Below, piece after piece: positions 42,536-51,976 of a stretch of DNA of 64,000 bases. A program made the position numbers and the translations under genes. Under the pieces are notes generated by a model. The model ran no database searches. It saw only the letters and a list, made by a program, of their open reading frames with translations, and had not been told where the DNA came from. The DNA comes from Acidobacteria bacterium bin61 (GTDB lineage: Bacteria; Acidobacteriota; Vicinamibacteria; Marinacidobacterales; SMYC01). Position 1 is the stretch's first letter. The number at the start of each line of letters is the position of its first letter. Location: positions 8,148-72,147 of the forward strand of contig CAUZCL010000019.1 of NCBI GenBank assembly GCA_963578475.1, in the 5' to 3' direction.

Positions 42536-44148
42536 TCGCGGATTAGACGCGAGAGGTCTACGCCGTCGACGTCGTCAGGGAAGTTGATGCCGAGCAGGGA
42601 CGCGATCGTGACGGGTAGGTCGACCGTGTTGATGCGCTCGTCGACGGTGCCTTGCCGGGCTCCCGGCCAATGCACGAGTGCTATGACGTGCGTGTCGTAA
42701 CGATAGGGCGAGCCGTGTGTCGTCCCGCGGACACGGCCGATGAGACCCTCCTTGTGTTGCACGTAGAGGTCCGGGCTGCGCTCGGGATGAAACGAATGGA
42801 CGTAGAGCTCGAGCGTTTTGTCCAACCATCCTCCCGCCGAAGCGCTCTCGATCTCGGTCCTTGTCCAGACCCGCTCGACGCTCGGACAGCGAGCGAGCTC
42901 TTTGACGATCATGGATTCGAGGCTCGAGCGCTCGACATCCCGTCGCTTCAAGGTTTCATCATTGAAGTAGAAACCCTCGTGGAACCAATCGTCTTTCCCT
43001 AATTTCTCCTGAAACGCGCGCCCCGCTGACTGGAAGCAAGCGTAGTCTCGAGCCGTAAGAAATCCTCCCGGGAGGCTGTGCGAGCGCTGATATTCCGGAA
43101 GGGACGCGACCCCGTGATCGGCTGAGAGCGAGATCGCGACGTTGGCGAGGCCTATCCTCTCGTCGAGAAAATCGAAGAGCTCTCCGAGCTCGCGATCGAG
43201 GCGAAGCATGGTGTCGAGAACCTCGGGACTGTTTGGCCCATATGTGTGGCCGACGGTGTCGACGCTGGCAAAGCTCAGCGCGAGCACGTCGACACTCTCA
43301 TCCGCTCCAAGCTCGTGCGCGACAACGAGCTTCTTCGCGAAATCGAGCAAATAGGGCTCGATGAACGGCGAGTTATAGAGCGCGCTGTAGAAACGCGTTG
43401 TCGGGTAGAAATCAGCGCGCCCGATCGCGTGGGTGAAGTCTGGAGTCCCAACGATCTCCATCTCGCCGAACAGCCTTTGGGGAACCGCAACAGGCGTCCA
43501 AGTGTGCCCGAAAAAACGATCGGCGAAACGCTCTCGATGAAACTCTCGAACCCACGCGGAATATTCGGAAGCGTAATGGGTGCTCGTCACCCATTGGCCG
43601 CTCCGCGTGTCGAACCAGAAAGCGCCGTGGGCGTTCTTGCCTCCCATGAGAACAGCCGAACGATCTTTGGCGCCGATCGAAAAAATATTGGAGTTCGGGT
43701 CCTTTGCCTGAATCCAGTCGCCAAGCCCAGTCGCGAGAAGCCGCGCCGGTGAGCGCCCGCCTCCGGATCTCGGTTTGCCGCCTGCGGGCGTCAGGATTTT
43801 GGTCGTCCCGTCTTCGACACAATAGACGTGCTTGCCGTCGGTGCGGTCGTACCATCCGTTTCCAACCATCCCCGAATGTGCTGGATAGCGCCCGGTCGAA
43901 AGCGAGGCGTGGCCGGCGGCGGTCACCGTGCCGGCGTGAAAATGATGGGCGTCGGTAAACAGCACGCCGCGGTCGAGCAGCCTCTTGAAGCCGCCGACGA
44001 AGCTTGGCCGAAACCTCTCGAGATAGTCTCCTCGGCCTTGATCGACCGTGAGGAGCAAGACGAGGCGAGGCGACGCCTCCTGGGAACGAGCGTTTTGCCC
44101 CGTAAAAGACAGAGCGGTGAGAGCTAAGATTAGCCAGCGCAGGTGCAT
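42532..44148 (-). CDS. Alkaline phosphatase superfamily protein (PafA/NPP-like)
   Basis: Signal peptide, VDQ, TVTAAGH (Thr nucleophile), KDRSA, DTVGH, SADHG, THGSPY.YD. Confidence 0.9.
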   Translation of the reverse strand: MHLRWLILALTALSFTGQNARSQEASPRLVLLLTVDQGRGDYLERFRPSFVGGFKRLLDRGVLFTDAHHFHAGTVTAAGHASLSTGRYPAHSGMVGNGWYDRTDGKHVYCVEDGTTKILTPAGGKPRSGGGRSPARLLATGLGDWIQAKDPNSNIFSIGAKDRSAVLMGGKNAHGAFWFDTRSGQWVTSTHYASEYSAWVREFHRERFADRFFGHTWTPVAVPQRLFGEMEIVGTPDFTHAIGRADFYPTTRFYSALYNSPFIEPYLLDFAKKLVVAHELGADESVDVLALSFASVDTVGHTYGPNSPEVLDTMLRLDRELGELFDFLDERIGLANVAISLSADHGVASLPEYQRSHSLPGGFLTARDYACFQSAGRAFQEKLGKDDWFHEGFYFNDETLKRRDVERSSLESMIVKELARCPSVERVWTRTEIESASAGGWLDKTLELYVHSFHPERSPDLYVQHKEGLIGRVRGTTHGSPYRYDTHVIALVHWPGARQGTVDERINTVDLPVTIASLLGINFPDDVDGVDLSRLIRD

Positions 44149-44276
44149 GATTTTTTGGAACTTACCCCAATCGCTGGGCAGGATGTAATCCCGCGCGCCC
44201 GGCTAAACTACGAGGTTGCTTGTCCCGTTTCTATCCTTTAACCTGTTAGTACAGCAAAAAATGGGACCCATATCGT

Positions 44277-44300
44277 CCCGCTGCTCCTAGGGGCAGCGGG
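44277..44300. terminator. GC-rich hairpin, possible terminator
   Basis: CCCGCTGCTC-CTAG-GGGCAGCGGG; no clear U-tract. Confidence 0.4.
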
Positions 44301-44368
44301 CGGTATTCTTGCGTGGGAGACCGCCGTCAGCCAGCCGGTCACCTGTGTCGCAAATGCGTCCATGGGAT

Positions 44369-44488
44369 CTACCTAGCGCAATAAGCCACGAGAAACATGG
44401 CGACGATCAGGGCGACTGGAGGCAGCCAGAGATAAGGAAGCCACTTCCTGAGGCGCTCCTGCTTCTCTGAGTTCTCGAGCTCTTCCAT
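44369..44488 (-). CDS. Small single-pass membrane protein (39 aa)
   Basis: MEELENSEKQERLRKWLPYLWLPPVALIVAMFLVAYCAR*, with purine-rich GAGGCAAGGA upstream. Below the ORF-track cutoff. Confidence 0.5.
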   Translation of the reverse strand: MEELENSEKQERLRKWLPYLWLPPVALIVAMFLVAYCAR

Positions 44489-44529
44489 CGTCCTTGCCTC
44501 TCGGGTCTGCGCGGTTCATAGTATCGCAG

Positions 44530-44940
44530 TCGTCACTGCTCGGCGCGCTCTCGCAGCTCTTCCGCCACAAGGACCTGCTCGAGCTTGAACTCTTTTGTGA
44601 TCTCGTCGATGCGCTCGGCTAGCTCCTCGGAGCTCTTGCGTTCCGCCCGCCGATAGGCGAGCTCCCACCCCGAGTCGACCCCTGCGTCAGCGCCGTCGCA
44701 TCGGGATCCATAACATGAGCTTCGAGGTAGATCCCGTCATCCTCTTCCACCGAGAACGTGGAGTCTGTGGTCAGCTGTCCGAGGATGTCGGCCTCGAGGA
44801 CGAGCTTGGCCCGGATGCGTGGCTCGGCGATGTCCACGCCTTCGACAAAGCCGATCTCGAACCCGTGCATGCGTATCGGCTCACCGCCTTCGAGACCGTG
44901 GCGCTCGTCGAAAAGAACATAGACGAAAGGCTCGTTCACC
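44530..44940 (-). pseudogene. MlaD/MCE family protein remnant
   Basis: VLFDERHGLEGGEPIRMHGFEIGFVEGV; no N-terminal anchor, and the frame breaks before the coiled-coil tail. Confidence 0.6.
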
Positions 44941-45000
44941 GGCACGCGCGAGTGTCTCCGCCGCAAGCGCCGATCAAGAGCGCGAGAACGAGCACGCGTT

Positions 45001-46344
45001 TCAAGGAACCACCTCGAGGACACGCCCGATGACTTCATTGATGTAATCCGAGAATCCCTCCGGGCTCGGCCCCAGACGCACGACCACCATGTCGCGCGAC
45101 GGGATGATCGTGGTGCGCTGCCCCATGAAGCCCGACGCCCAATAAGCATCCTCAGGCACGCGGTCGAGAGCGCCGCCGCGGTTGAGCCAGAACAGACCGC
45201 CATAACCTTTGCTGGGATCGCCGGGCGCCGGCTCGGTGATGAAGTCGATCCAATCTTCAGGCAACAGCCGCTCGCCTTCCCATACCCCGTCCCACAAATG
45301 AAGAAGCCCGAACCGCGTCCAGTCCATCGCGGAACCATAGTCGTAGCCCGTCATGATGAAGTTACCATAAGCGTCCGTCTCGAGCACATAGTCGCGCGCG
45401 CCGATCTTGTCGAATAGCGCCTCGCGCGGAAAGGCAAGGTAGCTCTCGCCGCGGGCTTCGACAATTTGGCGAATGATGCGACCGAGCGTGAGCGGGTCGG
45501 AGTTGCGGTAGCGAAACTGGCTGTCTGGAGGGATCTCGAGCGGTTGACCCACCGCGTGCTCGAAGATGTTGATGGCATCGTGATAAATGCGAAAGTGCTC
45601 GTTCTCCGTGGTCCACGAATTCGAGTTGTCGATTCCGTAATTCTTGAAGTCGAGCCCGCTCGACATGCGCAAGAGATGCTTCACTTGGATCGCGCGGCGC
45701 GGGTCGCCTTCGCCGTGCCATTCCGACACGGGCGCGCGGTCATCGACGCTCAGCTCTCCTTGGTGCACGAGGATGCCGATGAGCGCCGAAGTGATGCTCT
45801 TGCCTTGCGACCAGCTAATCTGCGGCGTGTTCTTGGAGAAGCCTTCGGCGTAACGTTCGCCGATGATCTTCCCTTTGTGAACGACGACGAGCGCTCTCGT
45901 GTACTGCGTTTTCTGTGCCATCGCCCAATCGAGCGCGTCGTCGATCTCGGGTACGAGAGCGTAAGCGCCGGCATCCCCAGTGGGCCAATCTTGTGAATCG
46001 GCGTCGGGAAGCTTCGACTGGAGCTTCATGGGCTCGAAGAAAACGTCGTTCGCGCCTTGGGGAAGAATGGTGCAGCCCTGGTCGCCGTTATATTGCGCCG
46101 TCCACGAGGGGCCAGAAGCCATCCAAACCCGCGCGGTCTTTTTGTCCATGTCGACGGCGTACTCGAAGTCATCCCCCCACTGGAAAAAGTCGAAGCGTTT
46201 TATGTCGTGGTCAATGACCACTTCCGGACTTCGGACCAAGTCACGTCCGACGACGAAAACTCCCGAGCAAAGATGGTGCGCCGACATGGCAAGCTGATGG
46301 TTGGGCGCGGTGACGAGGGCGAGGGCAGCGAGTATGAGGTGCAT
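45001..46344 (-). CDS. Serine hydrolase, beta-lactamase class C-like
   Basis: SWSQGKS (SxxK), LLRMSSGL, FRYRN, YGGLFWLN, ASGFMGQ. Confidence 0.9.
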   Translation of the reverse strand: MHLILAALALVTAPNHQLAMSAHHLCSGVFVVGRDLVRSPEVVIDHDIKRFDFFQWGDDFEYAVDMDKKTARVWMASGPSWTAQYNGDQGCTILPQGANDVFFEPMKLQSKLPDADSQDWPTGDAGAYALVPEIDDALDWAMAQKTQYTRALVVVHKGKIIGERYAEGFSKNTPQISWSQGKSITSALIGILVHQGELSVDDRAPVSEWHGEGDPRRAIQVKHLLRMSSGLDFKNYGIDNSNSWTTENEHFRIYHDAINIFEHAVGQPLEIPPDSQFRYRNSDPLTLGRIIRQIVEARGESYLAFPREALFDKIGARDYVLETDAYGNFIMTGYDYGSAMDWTRFGLLHLWDGVWEGERLLPEDWIDFITEPAPGDPSKGYGGLFWLNRGGALDRVPEDAYWASGFMGQRTTIIPSRDMVVVRLGPSPEGFSDYINEVIGRVLEVVP

Positions 46345-46472
46345 AACGATAACTATAATCGCTGTTCCCTTTTTGGGATACCGTCTGCGGTCGCGTGTTT
46401 CTCAGAGGTAGGCTTTGCGGTTGAGCCTGGCGCGGATTAACCTCGAAATGCCACGATCGCGGAAGGTCTGAG

Positions 46473-47102
46473 ATGGTACTTGGAGAAGGAACGCTTACGT
46501 TCAGGGAGTTCGCCGCGAAAGAGAAGCTGCCTCTCTCCGGCATACACAACGCTGTAGTGGAATTCCTTCAGGGCCGTGACGATGCTGTCATGAATGGTGC
46601 GCAAGCAGAGAACGCCTATGTCGACGAGCCTCGAATGACTTAGGATGTTGACATTCTCTCAGATCGCGCATCCGCTGGCCGCGGAACTGAGCGGCCCTCT
46701 TCATGCGCTCTTCCGAATATCGATACGCGTTCGGACGATCGAAGACGGATTGGCATTTCGCGTCTATCAGGTCCGTAAGCCGAAGAATCGCCATTTCGTC
46801 GATATTCGTATGGTCGAGGAGCTCCCCCCGCTCGACGAATCTCCAAAATCTTGGTCATGACGCCGGACGCGCTCATCGCGTCGAAAGTCATTGCGTTTCA
46901 TCAGCGGCGTGGAAAACCGAAATCTGGTACCGACTGGCGCGACATCGCGATGCTATTGCTCGCTTTTCCCGAGCTGAAATCGGATCCTGGCCCGGTTACC
47001 GACAGCCTTGTAGGCGCCGGCGTTGAGCACGCAATTCTGAGCAAGTGGAAAGAGTTGTCGTCCCAGGAAATGCTCCCGGAAGAAGAAGACGCCGGGTACT
47101 GA
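46473..47102 (+). pseudogene. Nucleotidyltransferase (AbiEii-like fold), disrupted
   Basis: GAQAENAYVDEPRMT*DVDIL (TAG at 46641), two frameshifts, then LIASKV...DWRDI. Confidence 0.7.
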
Positions 47103-47116
47103 GCTCGGCCGCGTAG

Positions 47117-48393
47117 CTAGGGCTTGTCGTCGTTCATCCAATCGAGGACCACTTGAACGGGAGTGGTCGCGGCGTCCTCGACGGGAACGATAGCGATGAA
47201 TCGCTCACCGTTTGCACTGACGTTATAGTGATAGTGCGAGCCGCCTCTGCCGATGATGGACTGGTAGAACACGTTGAACGGGTCCAATTGCATCGCTCGG
47301 TCGAGCTCCGCCATGGCTGCATCGGAACGGTTCAAAGAGATCAAGAAGTCCGAGTAGAAGAAGTGGCCGTCCGCGTAATTCGGGTTGAGCTCGATGGCAC
47401 GTCGGAACGCCTTCTCCGCGCTTGCAATGTCCCAATCGTGGACGAATCGGACGTTGCCGAGAGTTCCATGAGCTTCCGCGAGCGTATCTCCCAGAGCCAT
47501 CGCGTCGAGCACGGAGACCTTCATTTGGGCAAACGCCTCGGGTGGGGGAGTCAAGCCGAATTCGCCACGGGAAAAACCAAATATCGGCGATGCCCACGTG
47601 CGCGAGCGCGTAGTGGCGGTCTTTTAAAAGGGCGAGCTGAAAGTACTCCAGCGCGGTGTCGAGATGGTCTTTCGAGAGCTTGTACCAGTGAAAACGGCCC
47701 TTTAGATATGCCTCGTAGGCTTCGAGGTTCACTGTGCGGGCTGAAGCGAGTCTCTGCGTATCTTCCGGCGTCAACGCCACGTGGATCTCGGACGCGATGG
47801 TACGGGCAAGCTCGGTTTGTAGCGCGAGGACATCCCGCAGATCGCGGTCGTAACTCTCGGCCCAAAGGTGTTCATCCGATTTGCCGTCGATGAGCTGAAC
47901 GGTGATGCGAACCCGATCGGCCACACGCATCACGGAGCCCTCGATGACGGCGTCCACACCGAGCTCCCGTGCAATCTGCGGAATCGATTGCTCCGCTCCC
48001 TTGTAACGCAATACGGACCGACGCGATATCACCTTCAAGGCGCCGATTTTGGATAGTCCTTGAGGAGCGCGTCGTGCATGCCGTGGACGAAATATTCCTG
48101 CGCTGGATCGCGCGTAAGGTTGTCGAGAGGCAGGACGGCAAGCCAAAACTCGCTCCTGCTGTTGGGGTCCGAAGGTGCGTGATGCAAGCTCTCTCTCGGA
48201 CGACGGCTTTTCCTTCAGGCGTCGAGCTCGGAATGATAGGCATACACTGTTGCCTGCTTGTCGTGCACGTGATGGTGGAGAGGCAGTCCTTCCTTCTTCT
48301 CCCATCGTCGCACGGTGCTCGTGTCGCGATCCAGGTAAACGGCGATCTCTTCCAGGATTCGAGCCGTCCGCCGGAAGGGGAGCTGGGCTTCAT
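47117..48393 (-). pseudogene. HTH-TolB-N-TPR regulator, disrupted and fused to a kinase-PD40 tail
   Basis: LESWKEIAVYL..TVRRWE (frameshift), TGA at 48215, LAVLPLDNL, ARELGVDAVIEGSV, TPRs, then YNVSANGERFI..VVLDW. Confidence 0.75.
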
Positions 48394-48516
48394 GCTGCGC
48401 AGTCTAATGGTGTGCACCTTTGCGCGCAAAGGTGCTCAAAGACAAGCCTTTGCCGTCGCGGCTATTGACGGGATGGCACGTCCCTAGTAGCGTGCCTATC
48501 AGATAAGGAGGACGCA

Positions 48517-48924
48517 ATGGAGACTAAGTTGGATTCCAAATTCACGGCTGGTAGCGAGCTCTTGGAAGAGTACGGGGCTGCCTTGACCTCGGGCGATTTT
48601 GAACGCTGGATTTCGCTATGGACCGAGTCGGGCACGCAAATGGCGCCCGACTCTCCGACACGCACGAGCAGGGAAGAGATTCGAGCCGCCATGGAACCCG
48701 TTTTCGATCTCTACGACCACAAAATGTCCGTCCATCCCCGAGACGCTCGGCTCGCGGCCGACTGGGGCTTCGTTCGGGGAGAGTTCACACATGAGTTGAG
48801 CTCGAAAGAGAACGGGGCAGGTTCGCGTCGCGTCGGCAAGTTCTTGACGATCGTGGAGAAGCAAAGCGACGGAACCTGGAAGATCGCTTGCGATTGCTTC
48901 AACTACGGCGCCCCGGCTGAATAG
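48517..48924 (+). CDS. SnoaL/NTF2-like (DUF4440) protein
   Basis: Strong RBS; GKFLTIVEKQSDGTWKI..D.FN. Confidence 0.85.
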   Translation: METKLDSKFTAGSELLEEYGAALTSGDFERWISLWTESGTQMAPDSPTRTSREEIRAAMEPVFDLYDHKMSVHPRDARLAADWGFVRGEFTHELSSKENGAGSRRVGKFLTIVEKQSDGTWKIACDCFNYGAPAE

Positions 48925-48998
48925 GCGACCGCGACAAGCGCTCGTCACCGGGCAGATCTTGGGTTGAAAGAATAAAGACAAACTTCGAGGACGATAAA

Positions 48999-49262
48999 TT
49001 GAGTCGAGAAGAGATCGACCGGGCATGCGCGGAGATCACGGCTGGCTGGCTGAACAGTGATCCCGATGCAATCATGGGTCATGTGACGGATGACGCTATG
49101 TTCCTCGGTCCGCATGAGCCACGGGTAAATGGCGGGCCCGCCATCCGCGCCTGGCTCGAGAGTTTTTTCTCACAGGTGAAGATGACCAAAGTCGACAGGG
49201 TCGATGACCGCGACCTCGTGATCTCTGGTGATCTGGCGGTCGAACGGAGCTCCTACGATTGG
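48999..49262 (+). pseudogene. Second SnoaL/DUF4440 protein, truncated
   Basis: TDDAMFLGP..GGPAIRAWL..SGDLAVER; last two strands missing. Confidence 0.6.
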
Positions 49263-49360
49263 AGATCGGATTGGTGTTCGGTGGTGGCTTCCTTTTGATC
49301 TCTGCGCACACGTGTGCGCCCGTTCGTCGATTGTACCTCCGCCCCAACCGTCCTAATACC

Positions 49361-49510
49361 GTGGACGGCGGTACCGAGCCCGTTTGGGTGCGAAACGGCG
49401 CCGAGCTGTTCTACCGCGACGAGGTCTCTTGGTGGACTCACAAGATTCGAGGCCTACACTGCAACAATTTCATCATGGCCCAAAAGACCAACGCCTTTTA
49501 CGGCGCACAC
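49361..49510 (+). repeat. Adjacent diverged copies of kinase-PD40 (cf. 51601-51660) and phhB (cf. 27277-27364) segments
   Basis: Manual alignment gives 51/60 and 75/88 identical nucleotides. Confidence 0.85.
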
Positions 49511-49714
49511 TCGCCGGCGCGACCATCCTGGAAAATCGCTTCCTCGGACCCGTTCTCCCGTCGGCGAATCGGGACGAGGCGAAAGCCGCCGGTAACAACT
49601 CCCCTTACCCACCGCATCAGCCCGCGACCCTGCCCGGACGGATCGGCGCTATTCGATGTGGATCCCCCGGCCTGACGCCGGGGAATCGCCTAAAAAGCTC
49701 CGTGCAGCGCGGGC

Positions 49715-50356
49715 TTACGCGTCGCGATTCGGCTGCGGGGTAATGCGCAAGTAGGGTTTCACTTCTTTGAAACCCTTGGGAAACTTCTTTTCCGCCTCTT
49801 CGTTGCTCACCGAAGGTACGATGATGACGTCATCGCCGTCCTTCCAGTTCACGGGTGTCGCCACCTGATAATTCGCGGTCAGCTGTAGCGAGTCGATCAC
49901 GCGCAGGATCTCGTCGAAGTTGCGTCCAGTGCTCGCCGGGTACGTAATGGTGAGCTTTACTTTCTTGTCCGGACCTATCACGAAAACCGATCGCACTGTC
50001 ATCGTGTCGTTGGCTTCCGGATGGATCATGTCGTAGAGGTCCGACACCTTCCGACTGGCGTCGTCGATGAGGGGGAAGTTGACGGCCACCCCCTGGGTCT
50101 CTTCGATGTCTTTGGACCACTTCTCGTGATCACCGACTTTGTCCACGCTGAGCCCCACGACTTTGACGTTCCTCTTGTCGAACTCGCTCTTGAGCTTTGC
50201 TACTTCACCCAGCTCGGTGGTGCAGACTGGCGTGAAGTCCTTGGGGTGCGAGAACAACACGGCCCAACCATCCCCAATCCAGTCGTGAAACTGAATGGAA
50301 CCCTCCGTCGTATCGGCTTTGAAATCGGGAGCCGTATCTCCCAAACGAGTTGCCAT
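49715..50356 (-). CDS. 1-Cys peroxiredoxin (Prx6)
   Basis: FSHPKDFTPVCTTELG, YPASTGRNFDEILR, ATPVNW. Confidence 0.95.
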   Translation of the reverse strand: MATRLGDTAPDFKADTTEGSIQFHDWIGDGWAVLFSHPKDFTPVCTTELGEVAKLKSEFDKRNVKVVGLSVDKVGDHEKWSKDIEETQGVAVNFPLIDDASRKVSDLYDMIHPEANDTMTVRSVFVIGPDKKVKLTITYPASTGRNFDEILRVIDSLQLTANYQVATPVNWKDGDDVIIVPSVSNEEAEKKFPKGFKEVKPYLRITPQPNRDA

Positions 50357-50825
50357 GGCACCTCTCCTTTAAAAAGCGATCATAGTTTAATGAGTGAATC
50401 GGTGCATTCCGCTTCCACAGACTCAACTTATGAGTTGCAGACTACAGCGAGACTGTGCGTTTTTCCAACTATTTTTACGACTGCGCGGTCCCGCAGTGTC
50501 GGTCGCCCGGCCTGCCCTCAATATCTCGTGGGTCAGGCTGTGTCAGCCACTAGACGCGGAGCTTCACTGGCGCGGTTTCGTAGTTGAGTCACAGCGACTG
50601 GGGTAGATGGCTTCGAGGATCTCGTAACGGCCGAGACGATGTCAGGGTTGAAGTGCCATCAGACGGCTTGCTATAGGGTGGGTTGGCCGACCATGCTGAG
50701 GACACGTTGCTCTTCGAGTTGACGATTTCAACAGGGACGAACCGAAGGTTCAAACCTTCCAGATCTGACTCAAGTGTAAATATTTGCATTCTTCTGTTTA
50801 GGCTTCTTTTTAGGAGGCGATTGTC

Positions 50826-51150
50826 ATGGACGTGCGGTTTTCCCAACTTCTCTCCACGAGCATCCTCGGGTTCTCCGTGATCATCGCGACCGCTTGCGGT
50901 GATCGAACACCGCCGGTCATCCAAGAGCTCGCGATCGCTTCTAACCCCAACCCGGCGGCACCACTCGCGGCGATACTCTCGCTGCGAACAGACGCGCCGG
51001 TGAGGGTTCGGTTGCGCATAGAAGACGGCTCTGACGAGTGGGACTCCTCGAGAAGCGACCGCTTGGAGTCTGAGCAGAGCATTACCGTTTTGAAACTGCG
51101 CGCGGGGACGAGCCACCGCATCCGTGCCGTCGTTTCCGACGCGGCTGGAC
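50826..51150 (+). pseudogene. Aryl-sulfate sulfotransferase-like lipoprotein, N-terminal Ig domain only
   Basis: Lipobox ATAC; NPNPAAPLAAIL..T..PV...VLKLRAGTSH. Confidence 0.55.
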
Positions 51151-51951
51151 GACGTGTGGCTTCTCGGCTCGACACGAGGCACATTGGCGCGGCAAACATT
51201 GGAGAACGAAAATCTTTTCCCTCTTTGGAGCGCGGACGAGTCTCACGCCGTGATGAGTTACCAGGCGACGGGGCCGCCGAACCTTCACATCCTTACTCTG
51301 AACGGAAACGGGGAAACCACGCGGCTTCTCGAGAGCGAGCACGAACAGTTCCCAACATCGTGGTCCGCCAATGGGAGGTTTATCGCGTACACCGACTATA
51401 ACCCTGAGACGGGCCCCGATATTTGGATCGTCGACATGGAAGGGGAGGCGCTAGGGACGCCGTTTCAGGCGACTGCGTTTCAGGAGACCCACGGGGTTTT
51501 CTCGCCCGACGGGAAATGGTTGGCGTACGTGTCCAATGAGACCGGACGTAAGGAGGTTTACGTTAGATCTACGTCGGGGCCAGGAAAGCATCTCCTTTCT
51601 GTGGACGGCGGCAACGAGCCCGTTTGGACGCGCAACGGAGCCGAGCTGTTCTATCGAAACCAGAACAAGATGATGGTGGTTGCGGTGGAGACCGAGCCGA
51701 TCTTTCGTCCGCAGACTCCGCAATTGCTGTTCGAGAAGGCAGCCACGCGAAACTTGAATGAAACGCTCGTTGCTCAGTACGACGTCTCACTCGATAGACA
51801 GCGTTTCCTGATGCTCGAGCCAGTGGAGCCCGTCGACGCCACCGAAATTACGCTGGTACAAAATTGGTTTCAGGAACTGAAACGGCTCGCCCCACCGCCA
51901 ATTAGGCCTGGAAAGCGCGCCCTCACTTTGACAACCACCGACCGGCCGTGA
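51150..51951 (+). pseudogene. PD40 beta-propeller C-terminal part of a Ser/Thr kinase, lacking start and kinase domain
   Basis: PTSWSANG, FSPDGKWLAYVSNETGRKEVYV, GGNEPVWTRNGAELFYR, YDVSLDRQRFLM, LVQNWFQELKRLAP. Confidence 0.75.
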
Positions 51952-51976
51952 TACCAAACCAATTGGGAGGGTACCC

